Positions 44,252 to 54,497 of a DNA stretch of 64,000 nucleotides are shown here, one piece after another (position 1 is the first letter of the stretch; each line of letters starts with the position of its first letter). Source of the stretch: an uncultured Candidatus Bathyarchaeia archaeon (GTDB lineage Archaea > Thermoproteota > Bathyarchaeia > Bathyarchaeales > DTEX01); contig CAYRBK010000001.1 of the NCBI GenBank assembly GCA_964422605.1, positions 34,025 to 98,024 on the forward strand, read 5' to 3'. The notes beneath the pieces are model-generated. The model saw nothing but the letters and a program-made list of their open reading frames with translations, did not search any database and had not been told where the DNA came from. Position numbers and translations under genes: made by a program.

Positions 44252-45314
44252 GATACTCTACGAGCATTCTTAGGGTTTCCTTGGCTTCTGAGGGCGTCAG
44301 GATGGTGTCAACTTCCTGCCAGCTTTCTTGGATTATCTTAGCCGCAAGGTTCTTCGCGTATTCTATTGACTCATATTTTCCGATGATGGCGATCGCCTTC
44401 CTTCTGAGGGTGTCGTCGGTCGTATGCAAGTTCAGTATCCGCATCAGCTCCTCCCTATCGGAGGGCTCGGCTTTCTGAAGGGTGTGGACTACCATCAGGC
44501 TAATCTTGCCCTCGGCTATGTCCATCCCCAATCCGCCTTTCCGCTTCGCGAATTCCTCCCCCACTAGGTCCAATATGTCGTCTTGGATCTGAAAGGCAAC
44601 CCCGATGGATTCCGCGAACCTTCCCATCTTCTCGACAACATCATCATCAGCATCAGCCATCACAGACGCCATCTCCGCCGCCATTCTTGCCAAGGTGCCT
44701 GTCTTGTAGGCGCACATCTGCAGGTACTGCCCTTCTGAGACCTCGGAGGCGGGTGTCATGCCTCTGTGCCAAGCGATGTCAGTAGCCTGTCCGAAGCTTA
44801 GGTTAACCATCCGTTGGATGTATATCTCATATATTCTTCTGGCTTTCTCAGAAGGAATCCTGTCTCGCTTCTCGATAAGTACTAACATTGGCGTAAAAAA
44901 CATTATGTCAGAAAGGTTCACTGCAATATCCAAGCCGAACAGTCTGTAGGTGCAAGGTCTTCCCCGCCGAAGCTTGGATGAATCCTCAACATCATCAGCT
45001 ATCAAAGTGCCATTATGGATGATCTCGGGAATCACCGCAAAGTCCAAGTATTCCTTGGGATCGCACCCCAGAGCCTCACATACCATGAAGAAAAGCATAG
45101 GTCGCCAGCGTTTTCCTCCTCTACCGAGGAATTCCCAGAATGGTTTGGAGATTGCCTTGTTCGCCGCTTCCAGGTCCAGTCCGTATCTCGGCGGGCTTAT
45201 CCTGAACACCATTGAGTCCCTTGTGAACTTTCTTGGCACATACTTTTCGATCTGGCGGTCGATCAGCTTGGCTCTCTTTCCGAGGATTGCTTCTATCTTG
45301 GCATCGATGTCCAT
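44232..45314 (-). CDS. Polyprenyl (geranylgeranyl) diphosphate synthase
   Basis: First and second Asp-rich motifs LIADDVEDSSKLRRG and FQIQDDILD. Confidence 0.85.
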   Translation of the reverse strand: MDIDAKIEAILGKRAKLIDRQIEKYVPRKFTRDSMVFRISPPRYGLDLEAANKAISKPFWEFLGRGGKRWRPMLFFMVCEALGCDPKEYLDFAVIPEIIHNGTLIADDVEDSSKLRRGRPCTYRLFGLDIAVNLSDIMFFTPMLVLIEKRDRIPSEKARRIYEIYIQRMVNLSFGQATDIAWHRGMTPASEVSEGQYLQMCAYKTGTLARMAAEMASVMADADDDVVEKMGRFAESIGVAFQIQDDILDLVGEEFAKRKGGLGMDIAEGKISLMVVHTLQKAEPSDREELMRILNLHTTDDTLRRKAIAIIGKYESIEYAKNLAAKIIQESWQEVDTILTPSEAKETLRMLVEYLVKREI

Positions 45315-45323
45315 CGCAGCCTT

Positions 45324-46454
45324 TCAGCCTCCTCGCCTCGCGTAGACTTCCAAGTTGAAACTTCTTGTCCGCAGCCACTCAGCTGTTCTTCCGGTTACTA
45401 TGAGTGGAGAAGCCTTCAGCATTTCTATTGAGCCGGCGCCAACGAGGAACATCACTGTTCTCAGCTGCCGCATTATGAGTTGAAGCTTGCTTTTTACTTC
45501 TTCGCTGCTTCTCAGGGCTGGACTCAGTATGGGCAGTGCGAATCCCGCCAAGTCTGCTCCAAGGGCTAATGCTTTTGCGACGTCGCTGCCCGAACGTACG
45601 CCGCCGGATGCAATAACTGGAAGATCGGCTGATTGAAGAACTTCAACTAGGCTGACAACGGTGGGTATGCCCCAGTCCCACAGGTCTCTGCCGACCTCCT
45701 GTCCAGGAAGGTCTCCCCTCTGCCTCGCCCTATGATACTCCACAGCAGCCCAGCTCGTTCCCCCAGCTCCCGCGACATCTATGCATGCGGCCCCTGCGCT
45801 TCTGAGTTTCTTCGTATCCTCCGCAGATATGCCTGCTCCAGTCTCCTTAATGATCACGGGCACATCCAGACCGCTTGTGACTTCTTTCAATCTTTCAAGG
45901 AGTCCGGCATAGTTCGTTTCTCCCTCTGGCTGGACCGCTTCCTGAAGCGCGTTCAAATGGATAGCTAGGGCGTCGGCTTCGATCATTTCAACAGCCTTCT
46001 TTGCTGTTTCGAGGTCATATTCTCCTATGATCTGTGGGCCGCCTATGTTTGCTACGAGGAAGGCGTTTGGGGCCTTCTTTCTTGCGATCGAGTAGGTTCT
46101 TTCTAGCCTAGGGTTTTCGAGGGCTGCTCGTTGGCTTCCCACGCCCATCCCGATGCCCAGCTCTTCAACAGCCTGAGCTATTGTGGCGTTGATTTTGAAG
46201 GCTTTCCCTGTTCCACCGGTTATTCCCTCAATGATGACGGGCGCCGAGAATTTGTGTTTGAGGAATTCCGTTGTAAGACTGATGTCGTCTCGGCTGATTT
46301 CTGGTAGAGCCCGATGTATCAGGAAGACTTCCTCGAAGCCGGGTGTTGTCTTCTTGGCCTTGACATCTTCCTCTAGGCATATGCGTATGTGATCGTCCTT
46401 TCTCTCCTCGATCCGGTCTGCTTGCTGCCTACGCTTCGATCCTCGTACCAACAA
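45324..46454 (-). CDS. fni: Isopentenyl-diphosphate delta-isomerase, type 2 (FMN-dependent)
   Basis: 376-aa TIM barrel with IKETGAG, ASGGVRSG and an N-terminal RKDDHI. Confidence 0.88.
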   Translation of the reverse strand: MLVRGSKRRQQADRIEERKDDHIRICLEEDVKAKKTTPGFEEVFLIHRALPEISRDDISLTTEFLKHKFSAPVIIEGITGGTGKAFKINATIAQAVEELGIGMGVGSQRAALENPRLERTYSIARKKAPNAFLVANIGGPQIIGEYDLETAKKAVEMIEADALAIHLNALQEAVQPEGETNYAGLLERLKEVTSGLDVPVIIKETGAGISAEDTKKLRSAGAACIDVAGAGGTSWAAVEYHRARQRGDLPGQEVGRDLWDWGIPTVVSLVEVLQSADLPVIASGGVRSGSDVAKALALGADLAGFALPILSPALRSSEEVKSKLQLIMRQLRTVMFLVGAGSIEMLKASPLIVTGRTAEWLRTRSFNLEVYARRGG

Positions 46455-47223
46455 CTTCTTCTCCTTTCAAGGCTTTGTAAACGTTGCCCGGTTTCGACGC
46501 ATTCAGGATAATTGTCTGAACGCCGTGCAAAACTGGCGCTATCAACTCTGAGGCTTTCCCCATCATCCCTCCCGTGACATCTGGCACATGCGTTCCGCCA
46601 ATCTTGGTTTTTAGTTCCCGGAGTTCTTTCAATGTGAGATGCCGGACCAAACGAGCAGATGGGTTCGTTTTCGGATCGGATTCACATAGACCGTCGACAT
46701 CCACACCCATTATAAGATTTCCCGCGTCCATTCTTACGGCCAATTGCGCTGCTATCTGGTCTCCAGAAAGAATAGCAAAGCCTTGGTCGATGTCTAGCAC
46801 GGCGTCCCCGTATAGAACAGGAACCAAACCGGTCTTGACAGCCCGCTCTAGGGGTTCTCCTTCAAAGACACGTATCCGACCCTTCTCCGTCACGATGAAA
46901 GAGGAGGGAGCCATCCCGAAAGCCGGGATATTTTCGTCCAACAGACTTCCCACTATGAGTGTATTTAGGGCCACCATGGCTTCGTGGGTTTTCGCGAAGC
47001 CGACGAGTTGGGCTTGATCTTCGAAGCCTTCCGCAATCCTGTAGGTTCTCGCAAGGGGGTGGCCGAAGCTTCCTCCGCCGTGAATTATTGTGAGGGGCAT
47101 AATCCGAGCTTGGGATATTTCCTCAGCTAGTCTCCTAATCGCTTGAAGGTTGGGAGTTAGGTCTCTGTCTTTCTCGGTGATGACGGAACCACCCATCTTT
47201 AACACTATGAGCTTATTCTTCAA
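46429..47223 (-). CDS. Isopentenyl phosphate kinase
   Basis: Amino-acid-kinase fold with LKMGGSVITEK, IHGGGSFGH and DVTGGM. Confidence 0.85.
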   Translation of the reverse strand: MKNKLIVLKMGGSVITEKDRDLTPNLQAIRRLAEEISQARIMPLTIIHGGGSFGHPLARTYRIAEGFEDQAQLVGFAKTHEAMVALNTLIVGSLLDENIPAFGMAPSSFIVTEKGRIRVFEGEPLERAVKTGLVPVLYGDAVLDIDQGFAILSGDQIAAQLAVRMDAGNLIMGVDVDGLCESDPKTNPSARLVRHLTLKELRELKTKIGGTHVPDVTGGMMGKASELIAPVLHGVQTIILNASKPGNVYKALKGEEVVGTRIEA

Positions 47224-48196
47224 TTCTCACTCCATCCATTGTCTTGTTCGTGATGAAGGCTTCCCCACCCTCCTTTTCTATGGCTTCCGCCACATCTTTG
47301 AGTTTTTCTGGCGCCGTGAGCGCGATCATGCACCCACCACCTCCGGCTCCAGTCAGCTTAGCACCCAATGCGCCAGCTCTTCTGGCTGCATGGACAAGCC
47401 TCTCAAGCGGTTCGCAGGAGACCCCAACAGCATAGAGAAGAGCGTGGTCCATATCCATCATCTCTCCAAGTGTCTTGAGGTCTCCGCTTCTTAAGGCTTC
47501 GATGCTTCTCGTCACAATCTTTCCGCATGCCTCTATCATACTGCCCACGATGGATGGGTAGCGTCTCCTCAGATCATTGACGCGAGCAACCATCTCGCCG
47601 GTTGACCGTTCCTTCCTCGTGTCGCCGACCACCAGCGGCAGATCTATCTTAACATCCAACGGCTCGATCCTCCCGCCTTTGGCATATTGGATGACGCCCC
47701 CATATATCGCTATTGCGGGATCGATGCCCGACGGCGTTCCGTGAACAATCTTCTCAGCATTGAAAGCCGTTTCGAAAACCTCATCTCTCGACAACCCGAT
47801 CTCTAAGAGATAGTCCAAGGCGGTGGTCGAGGCGACTGCAACTGCAGCGGAGGACCCTAAGCCTGCGGCTACTGGAATTGATGAGTCTATCTCAATATTG
47901 ACGCCCAAGTGTTTTCCTGAGCGGCCTAGTAGGCTTTTGGCAACCGCGTGAATAGGTTCAAGTCTTTTTTTTGCTTCCTCGGCTCCTTCTTCCACATGGA
48001 ATCTGTCACCCTCAAAGTAGCCTGAAGCCTTCATTGCCCTTGATTTTATGAATATTTTGCTGTCAGCTCGAAAGTCAGCCGTGGCTGTTGCCCGTTTATC
48101 GATAGCTAAGGCTAAGGCTGGCGCACCGTGAACTACGAAATGCTCGCCTAGGAGTATCACCTTCGCAGGCGCTGAGGCTTTTGCACGTGTCCTCAA
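47213..48196 (-). CDS. mvk: Mevalonate kinase
   Basis: GHMP kinase motifs LLGEHFVVHGAPALA, PVAAGLGSSAA and KLTGAGGGGC. Confidence 0.9.
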   Translation of the reverse strand: MRTRAKASAPAKVILLGEHFVVHGAPALALAIDKRATATADFRADSKIFIKSRAMKASGYFEGDRFHVEEGAEEAKKRLEPIHAVAKSLLGRSGKHLGVNIEIDSSIPVAAGLGSSAAVAVASTTALDYLLEIGLSRDEVFETAFNAEKIVHGTPSGIDPAIAIYGGVIQYAKGGRIEPLDVKIDLPLVVGDTRKERSTGEMVARVNDLRRRYPSIVGSMIEACGKIVTRSIEALRSGDLKTLGEMMDMDHALLYAVGVSCEPLERLVHAARRAGALGAKLTGAGGGGCMIALTAPEKLKDVAEAIEKEGGEAFITNKTMDGVRIEE

Positions 48197-48217
48197 GTAT
48201 CCGTCTCCGCGTATCTG

Positions 48218-49072
48218 CTATTTCTCAAACACAAGAGCGGCGTAACCAACAACAGACGACGTATCACCAGTTATGTCTCCGCTTGTCTTGTAGCTCAACA
48301 GCTCACCTTTCTCGACGCCAGCCTTCCTGGCCGCTACCATAAGGGTAGCCACGGGGCCGTATCCACAAGCGGATACGTTATGTGAGTTTAGGACCGAGTA
48401 GAATAGATCCTCATCGAGTCTGGTTACGGCGTCGAGGGCTTTGCTGTCTTTCTCCGCTGCCCTTTTGTGCGGCTCATAGTGGGTCATGTCCGTCGAGGCC
48501 ACTATCACGGCATTCTTGCCCTTCAAAGCCTCGGCTAATGTTTTTCCAACCTCTCTGCAAGTGTCTAGGTCCTGCATCAGAAAACAGATCGGGACAAACT
48601 TGAAGGATGAACCGTAGACGTACTGGAGGAACGGAAGCTGCACCTCGACAGAATGCTCATAAGCATGAGCTGACTCGTCTGCATCAATGATACCAGACAT
48701 GCTCGCGATCTCCTTGGCGGTTTCCGAGTCTATCTCCACATCGCCCAGAGGAGTACGCCAAACACCAGCGCGCATGACCGCAAGACCGCTTCCGATACCA
48801 TGATGATTGGGACCCAGAATGACAAAGAGGTCCACCAAGCCGTCAGAGGCGAGACGGTGATAGGCGTTCGCAGCAACGGGTCCGGAATACATGTATCCGG
48901 CATGAGGACATATTAGTCCGAAAATCTTCCTTGAACCGTTCTTGTCCAAGCTCGGTAGCTCTCCAGGTCCGAACCTGTGCTTGAAGCACTCTTCTATCTG
49001 TCGTCTTAGGGCTTCAGCTGAACCAGCATAGAAACTTCCAGCAACTCTAGAATGTCTAATCTTACTGGACAT
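48218..49072 (-). CDS. MEMO1-family protein (AmmeMemoRadiSam system protein B)
   Basis: Motifs R.S.VAGSFY...L..QIE, CPHAGY.YSG and THYEP. Confidence 0.85.
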   Translation of the reverse strand: MSSKIRHSRVAGSFYAGSAEALRRQIEECFKHRFGPGELPSLDKNGSRKIFGLICPHAGYMYSGPVAANAYHRLASDGLVDLFVILGPNHHGIGSGLAVMRAGVWRTPLGDVEIDSETAKEIASMSGIIDADESAHAYEHSVEVQLPFLQYVYGSSFKFVPICFLMQDLDTCREVGKTLAEALKGKNAVIVASTDMTHYEPHKRAAEKDSKALDAVTRLDEDLFYSVLNSHNVSACGYGPVATLMVAARKAGVEKGELLSYKTSGDITGDTSSVVGYAALVFEK

Positions 49073-49189
49073 TTTGACCTCTCCTGTTGAAAGATACCGG
49101 TCCCTCTTCTGGCTAGATTATTTGTCATGTCTAAAATATAAAATGCTCTGACCTTCAGCCAGAAGCTTATGACTCTCAGTGCCTTCCTG

Positions 49190-49858
49190 TCACGGTTGGG
49201 GTTTCTCGACCAGTTTCACTTCGAAGTCTTCTACCGAGAGAGGAATCTCGCCATCAGGAGGAATCTCGCCTCTTTCCCGCAGAATCTGCCTCGCCAGAAG
49301 CCAGTGTACCACGGCTAAGGCTCTTCTCCCTTTGTTGTTTGATGGAACGGCCAAGTCTATGTAGCTGAAGTCGTTGTCTGTGCTACATAATGCGATGACT
49401 GGAATCCCGACGCTTGAGGCTTCTTTCACCGCTTGGAAGTCAGCTTTAGGGTCAGAGACAAGTATCACATCAGGTTCAATCCGATTCGGGTAGAGAGGGT
49501 TCAGAAGCATCCCCGGAACAAAGCGGCCAGTTATGGGCGTCGCCCTCACGATCTCACAGAACTTCACCACTGGCTCGCGAGCATACAACCTAGCTGCTGC
49601 GACTGCTATCTTGGACGGCTCGAAACGCGCCAGAAACTTGGCTGTGATCCGTATGCGTTCGTCTGTCTTCTGCAGGTCGAGGACGAACAGTCCGTCGCCT
49701 CTGACTCTGTAGATGAAGGGTTCCATATCCTTTGTCTTGATCTTCGTGCCGATATGAATCCCAGCTGAAAGCAGCACATCTTGCGGTAGCAACAAGGCTT
49801 CCGTCGCAGTCTCGGGCGTTTGCTCCTTGCTTTCTTCTGCCATGCACTTTTCCCTCAT
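49190..49858 (-). CDS. rps2: Ribosomal protein S2 (uS2)
   Basis: Motifs LLSAGIHIGT, FVPGMLLNP and IPVIALCSTDN. ATGA overlap with the enolase stop. Confidence 0.92.
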   Translation of the reverse strand: MREKCMAEESKEQTPETATEALLLPQDVLLSAGIHIGTKIKTKDMEPFIYRVRGDGLFVLDLQKTDERIRITAKFLARFEPSKIAVAAARLYAREPVVKFCEIVRATPITGRFVPGMLLNPLYPNRIEPDVILVSDPKADFQAVKEASSVGIPVIALCSTDNDFSYIDLAVPSNNKGRRALAVVHWLLARQILRERGEIPPDGEIPLSVEDFEVKLVEKPQP

Positions 49859-51105
49859 ATTTCGAGTTTTGCCATTCGAGCTCTGTCCCCAAGCGTCTCT
49901 TCAATGCGTATGAGCTCATTGAGTTTAGCCATCCTCTCCCCTCCGACGACCCCGGTCTTGATGATCGGAGCGTTGAATGCTACTGCCAAATGAGCTATAT
50001 GATGCGCTGTGGTCTCGCCAGACCTGTGAGAGACGACCGGAACATAGCCATTCTCCTGTGCCAGTCGAGTGGTCTCCCATGTGTCTGTGAGGGTCCCAAC
50101 TTGGTTCATCTTGATTATGATCGCGTTTCCAGCCCGCTTCTTCATGCCTTGGTTTAGGCGTTTGGCGTTTGTGGCAAACAAATCGTCGCCGCAAATCAGG
50201 CAACTAGGAGACTTTGAGGTAAGCTCCTTGAAGCCTTCGAAATCGGCCTCGTGAAGAGGGTCTTCAACGTAGACAAGTTTGTACTTTCCGATGAGATCGA
50301 GTACGTATCCTATCTGCTCGCCTCGGCTTCGGCTTAAACCATCCCTCATGTAAACATAGCATCTCTTCTCAGGATTCCAAACTGAAGATGCCGCCACATC
50401 CAAGCCAGCTTTGCACTGGAAGCCAACCTCATCCGAGACCGCGTTACAGGCCCTAGATACGGCTTCGAGGGCTTCATCGTTGGAGACGTTTGGGGCCCAT
50501 GCACCTTCATCACCTTTCCCGCCGGTGAACGTCGAGTCCATGTTTCTGAGCAGATCTTTCAGTCTCTTGTGTATCGCACAGTTTGCCTCCACCGCAGCAG
50601 AAAACGACGGGGCGCCTACCGGGAGAACCAGAAACTCCTGGATATCGGTAGCCTTACCCAAGGCGTGCTTTCCGCCCCCCACAACGTTTCCCAGAGGATA
50701 AGGGAGATCAGACGCCAAGGATCCGCCCAAAAACTGGAATAGAGGCTGGTTGTATGAGCTCGCTGCTGCTTCCGCCACTGCTAGCGAAACGGCGTAGGCT
50801 GTGTTTCCTCCTAGGTTCCGGAAGTCTTCCGTTCCATCAAGCTCATGGAGCAAATTGTCTATCTCTTCCTGCTCATCAGCATACAGCCCAATTATCTCGG
50901 GAGCAATCATCTCCTCCACTTTCCTCACGGCTTCCTCGACTCCCCCTTCAGGGAAAGCTATGACTTCCGCCTTCCCTTTGCTTGCGCCGCTTGGAGCTGA
51001 AGCTCTTCCCATTCCGTCGATCGTCATCACGTCGACTTCAATCGTAGCGTCTCCCCGACTGTTCAGAATCTTCCGAGCCGTCACATCCTCGATTACAGTG
51101 GACAT
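49855..51105 (-). CDS. eno: Enolase
   Basis: 416 aa with SRGDATIEVDV, SHRSGET and IKTG. Confidence 0.92.
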   Translation of the reverse strand: MSTVIEDVTARKILNSRGDATIEVDVMTIDGMGRASAPSGASKGKAEVIAFPEGGVEEAVRKVEEMIAPEIIGLYADEQEEIDNLLHELDGTEDFRNLGGNTAYAVSLAVAEAAASSYNQPLFQFLGGSLASDLPYPLGNVVGGGKHALGKATDIQEFLVLPVGAPSFSAAVEANCAIHKRLKDLLRNMDSTFTGGKGDEGAWAPNVSNDEALEAVSRACNAVSDEVGFQCKAGLDVAASSVWNPEKRCYVYMRDGLSRSRGEQIGYVLDLIGKYKLVYVEDPLHEADFEGFKELTSKSPSCLICGDDLFATNAKRLNQGMKKRAGNAIIIKMNQVGTLTDTWETTRLAQENGYVPVVSHRSGETTAHHIAHLAVAFNAPIIKTGVVGGERMAKLNELIRIEETLGDRARMAKLEI

Positions 51106-51321
51106 CTATGTCGTTTCCTCTTCACTCTCTACGTTTCCCTTTTCGTAGAATTTTATGATCTCGTTTATGATTTCAACATGGGACAAAAGCATACGGCGAC
51201 AACAGTAACGGGTTAAGCCTAGATCATCCAGGACTTTTCCTGCGACCTCTCCGGCCTTCATTCTTTTGGCGAATTCCTCCCACTTGTCACCGATCAAGTT
51301 GCCGCAGCTGAAACATCTCAC
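51106..51321 (-). CDS. rpoN: DNA-directed RNA polymerase subunit N (Rpb10)
   Basis: [16 protein letters not shown]...TRYCCRRML. The ORF-track start is the GTG at 51321, but the conserved IIPV residues are encoded just upstream, with ACG at 51333 in the Met position (see findings). Confidence 0.9.
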   Translation of the reverse strand: MRCFSCGNLIGDKWEEFAKRMKAGEVAGKVLDDLGLTRYCCRRMLLSHVEIINEIIKFYEKGNVESEEETT

Positions 51322-51369
51322 AGGAATGATCGTTGCCTTTTTCCTTCCATCAGGTTTAACTCTGCGTGT

Positions 51370-51792
51370 CTACCTATAACTCTTCTGATCCCTAGCTCTC
51401 GCGCCAGGCCCTCCGAACTTCCTAGGTTCCTTTCGTCTAGGATCGCCCGCAATCATTGTCCTATCATATTTGAGGAGTTCGGTCTTGAGATGCGAACTTT
51501 TTGTCCATTTTACCAGAGCCTTGGCGAGCGCCATCCTCGTCGCTTCAGCCTGACCCATGAAGCCACCGCCTTGCACTTTGATGTTGACATCTAACTGTTT
51601 CCAGATGTCTTCTCCTGCCTCCAAGAGAGGCTCTCGTATCTTTTCTCTAGCAACCTGAGGCTCATATATCTCCAAAGGCACGTTGTTCACACGGATCCTC
51701 CCTTTTCCCTGCCTCACGGTTGCTCTAGCTGTCGCCGTTTTTCTCTTTCCGCTTACCACTAATACTTTTCTGGCAACTGACATGCTAAGCAC
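51370..51792 (-). CDS. rps9: Ribosomal protein S9 (uS9)
   Basis: 140 aa with [10 protein letters not shown]...[10 protein letters not shown] and the C-terminal tail ...[10 protein letters not shown]. Confidence 0.92.
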   Translation of the reverse strand: MLSMSVARKVLVVSGKRKTATARATVRQGKGRIRVNNVPLEIYEPQVAREKIREPLLEAGEDIWKQLDVNIKVQGGGFMGQAEATRMALAKALVKWTKSSHLKTELLKYDRTMIAGDPRRKEPRKFGGPGARARDQKSYR

Positions 51793-52242
51793 CTACTCTC
51801 TCCATCCGAGACTGCGGGTCAGTTCCGATACTTTCCTGTAAGGGCCTCTTAAATACTCGACATCGACCTCAGGAAGGGTTTCCCTGTCTTTGTCTTTCAA
51901 CTCTTCAGGCACGCCAATGTAGACCCTCAACCTCTTCAAGGCCTCCTTACCTCGGGGTTTGCGCCGAGGAAGCATGCCCCGAATCACCCTTTTGACGATG
52001 GTGTCGGGTCTTCTCGGGTGTAATGGACCCTTCCGGAAGTGGCCTATCTCAAGGAATTTCTCATATTCCTTCAGGATGCTCAATCTCCTACCGGAGATAA
52101 CGGCCTCCTCAGCATTTACTATGATGATTTTCTCGCCCTTCAGCAATCTCTTGGCCACTATGCTTGCCATCCTTCCTAGGATAAGTCCCTTCGCATCGAC
52201 GATCGATGCGTGATCCGCCTGGGTTCCCCTCATCATCATCAC
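51793..52242 (-). CDS. rpl13: Ribosomal protein L13 (uL13)
   Basis: 149 aa with IVDAKGLILGRMAS.VAK.LL.G..I.IVNAE. Confidence 0.92.
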   Translation of the reverse strand: MMMMRGTQADHASIVDAKGLILGRMASIVAKRLLKGEKIIIVNAEEAVISGRRLSILKEYEKFLEIGHFRKGPLHPRRPDTIVKRVIRGMLPRRKPRGKEALKRLRVYIGVPEELKDKDRETLPEVDVEYLRGPYRKVSELTRSLGWRE

Positions 52243-52625
52243 CCAATAACCTTTACGCTTGCACCCTTCGGGTTAATCTCCAAGAGCTCAGATATGGATA
52301 AGCATTGCCCCTTGGCTCCGAGTATCTTGGACCTTGCCTGTTCGGAGAAATCGAGTGCCGCAACTTTCACCGGGTGGTCAAGTAGACCTGAACCGATAAC
52401 CTTGCCGGGAACCAAGACCTCGTCGCCGTCCTTTGTATGACGGTTCACCCTGCTAATGTTTACAGATATGCGCTTCCTTCTAGGCTTAGCCAGCTGTTCA
52501 GATATGTCTCGCCATATGGCTGCCTGATTCTCTCTCGACTTTTTCTTCAACAAGATGATTAGTCCGGTGAGGTTCGGATTGGGACTTCTAGTCCGTCTTC
52601 GCTGACTCATCCTCGATCCCTGCAA
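52239..52625 (-). CDS. rpl18e: Ribosomal protein L18e (eL18)
   Basis: 128 aa with NPNLTGLIILLKKKSRENQAAIWRDISE. The probable start is M6 at 52610. Confidence 0.88.
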   Translation of the reverse strand: MQGSRMSQRRRTRSPNPNLTGLIILLKKKSRENQAAIWRDISEQLAKPRRKRISVNISRVNRHTKDGDEVLVPGKVIGSGLLDHPVKVAALDFSEQARSKILGAKGQCLSISELLEINPKGASVKVIG

Positions 52626-53439
52626 GCTGACTCACGAACTCTGAGTACTTTCTCTCATATATGTTAAAGGCCTCGGAAACAACGCGTTCTGCTGGAAGGA
52701 CGCCTGTGGATTCCACATTGAAGATGAAGCAACTCTGGTTCCCCATGACCCTGATGGCTGGCGGCTTCCTTGTACACGCTTCGACACAGTCTTCGCATAG
52801 GATGCACTCGACGAGGTTAGCCACCACAATCCTGTTTCCCTTGCTCTGGAGAACCTTTTTTGGGCATACGTTCACGCATTCCCCGCAAGCATCGCAGTCA
52901 CTCGAATCCAACTTGACCACAGGCATATATCGATATGTGCAAGCGGAGACTGGTTGCCATTTGGCATGGACCTTCCCCGTGCCAAGTCTAGCGTAGGCTT
53001 CTAGTCGCACCTTCTGGTTTGGAGCCAGCTTCACAATCGGGATTTTGTCACTGACTGGGGCTATGTTGGGGTCTTCTGGAACCATATCTCCTGAATAAAC
53101 GGTTCTGATCGCATCCTTGGCCTGAGTGTCCAATGTTAGGACAGTTCGACACAGGTGACATCCAAGTTCACTCTTGCAGCTGCATTCCTCTGGAAGGTTG
53201 TATGCGTCAAGATTGGTCTTGAGTGGGATAAGACCCAGCCTCAAAGCCAAGATTTCGTCATGCAAGACCGACGAGTTCTCGATAAACACAACGTCGTGTA
53301 TGGCCATACAAGGAACTTCAGCCAGCATTATCCTACGAAGCGAGTTAGCTAAAGGAGTGCTTATTCCGTCTGCTACGAAACGCATAGAATTCTGGTTCTT
53401 TTCAAGGACTCGAAGATTCAAGGTCCATATCCCTTTCAC
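52588..53439 (-). CDS. rpoD: DNA-directed RNA polymerase subunit D (Rpb3-like) with a 4Fe-4S ferredoxin-type insertion
   Basis: 283 aa with ANSLRRIMLAEVP and cysteine clusters CDACGECVNVCP / CILCEDCVEAC. Confidence 0.9.
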   Translation of the reverse strand: MKGIWTLNLRVLEKNQNSMRFVADGISTPLANSLRRIMLAEVPCMAIHDVVFIENSSVLHDEILALRLGLIPLKTNLDAYNLPEECSCKSELGCHLCRTVLTLDTQAKDAIRTVYSGDMVPEDPNIAPVSDKIPIVKLAPNQKVRLEAYARLGTGKVHAKWQPVSACTYRYMPVVKLDSSDCDACGECVNVCPKKVLQSKGNRIVVANLVECILCEDCVEACTRKPPAIRVMGNQSCFIFNVESTGVLPAERVVSEAFNIYERKYSEFVSQLAGIEDESAKTD

Positions 53440-53557
53440 AGAAAATCGGACACGGTTGGGTTGCTTTTTCTTTCATTAAGAATTGAGAGCTGTATTTCAA
53501 CTTTTCCCCTATGAAACTATCCAGGAAATGCCGGAGGCCATATTCGTCGGGCGGAGC

Positions 53558-53986
53558 CTAGACCCGCCGACCCCTACGTCCGCCTTTCCGTCTTGTTCCA
53601 TCATGAGGCAGAGGCGTGACCTCTTCTATGCGGCCGATGGTTTTGAATCCTGCTCGCGCAAGGGCTCTGATAGCCGCCTGAGCTCCCGGACCAGGGGTGC
53701 GCGCACCTGAACCGCCAGGGGCCCGGACCTTTATGTGTATTGCCGTTACCCCTTTGTCTTGAGCGATGCTTGCCACATGTGCCGCAGCCCTCATTGCAGC
53801 GTAAGGCGAGGACTCTAATCTGTCAGCTTTGACAAACATGCCGCCGCAAGCCTTTGCAAAGGTTTCGGCCCCAGTGAGGTCTGTTACGTGTACTATCGTG
53901 TTGTTGTAGGAGCTGTAGATATGTACAACTCCCCATTTCTCTTCCTTCTTACTCACTCGTCTCTCCTCCGCGCGCGGTGACTTCAA
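53558..53986 (-). CDS. rps11: Ribosomal protein S11 (uS11)
   Basis: [19 protein letters not shown]...G...VRAPGG...PGPGAQAA. Confidence 0.92.
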   Translation of the reverse strand: MKSPRAEERRVSKKEEKWGVVHIYSSYNNTIVHVTDLTGAETFAKACGGMFVKADRLESSPYAAMRAAAHVASIAQDKGVTAIHIKVRAPGGSGARTPGPGAQAAIRALARAGFKTIGRIEEVTPLPHDGTRRKGGRRGRRV

Positions 53987-54497
53987 TCGTTTGCCTCAAG
54001 GCGTGCTCTGTATCGGACAAAGGGCTTGTGGGTGCATAGGTAATCTTGCCCTCTTCTTCCTTGAGGACGAGGTAGCTCGGAGAAAAGACTTTCCTATCGC
54101 CAACAGCGATGTGTCCATGCGTTACTAGCTGGCGGGCTTGATAGATAGTCTTGGCCAGTCCTTTCTTGAATGCTAACGTTTGAAGTCTGCGTTCGAGAGC
54201 AGATTCCAATGTCAAGTCTAAGACGTTATCTAGAACGGCATCTTCAGGCAGAATGCCAAGGCGCTTCAGTCTTCCAAGAATCTGAGCTTCAACTTCCGCT
54301 CTTTCAGATGTCGACCTGCTTAGGAGCGATCTTGCCGTGCTCCGGAACTTCGAGACCATTGTCCTGTGGCGCCAGAGTTCCCTCTTGTTTCTTAAGCCGT
54401 ATTCGCCGAGCAGTCTAAGTTCGCTCTCTAGAGCATCCGATCGCCATGGGAATCTCGGAGTCTCGTGTTTTTTCCTCTGCTTCTTAGGATCTCCCAA
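53949..54497 (-). CDS. rps4: Ribosomal protein S4 (uS4)
   Basis: [15 protein letters not shown] plus the S4 domain [14 protein letters not shown]. Confidence 0.92.
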   Translation of the reverse strand: MGDPKKQRKKHETPRFPWRSDALESELRLLGEYGLRNKRELWRHRTMVSKFRSTARSLLSRSTSERAEVEAQILGRLKRLGILPEDAVLDNVLDLTLESALERRLQTLAFKKGLAKTIYQARQLVTHGHIAVGDRKVFSPSYLVLKEEEGKITYAPTSPLSDTEHALRQTIEVTARGGETSE

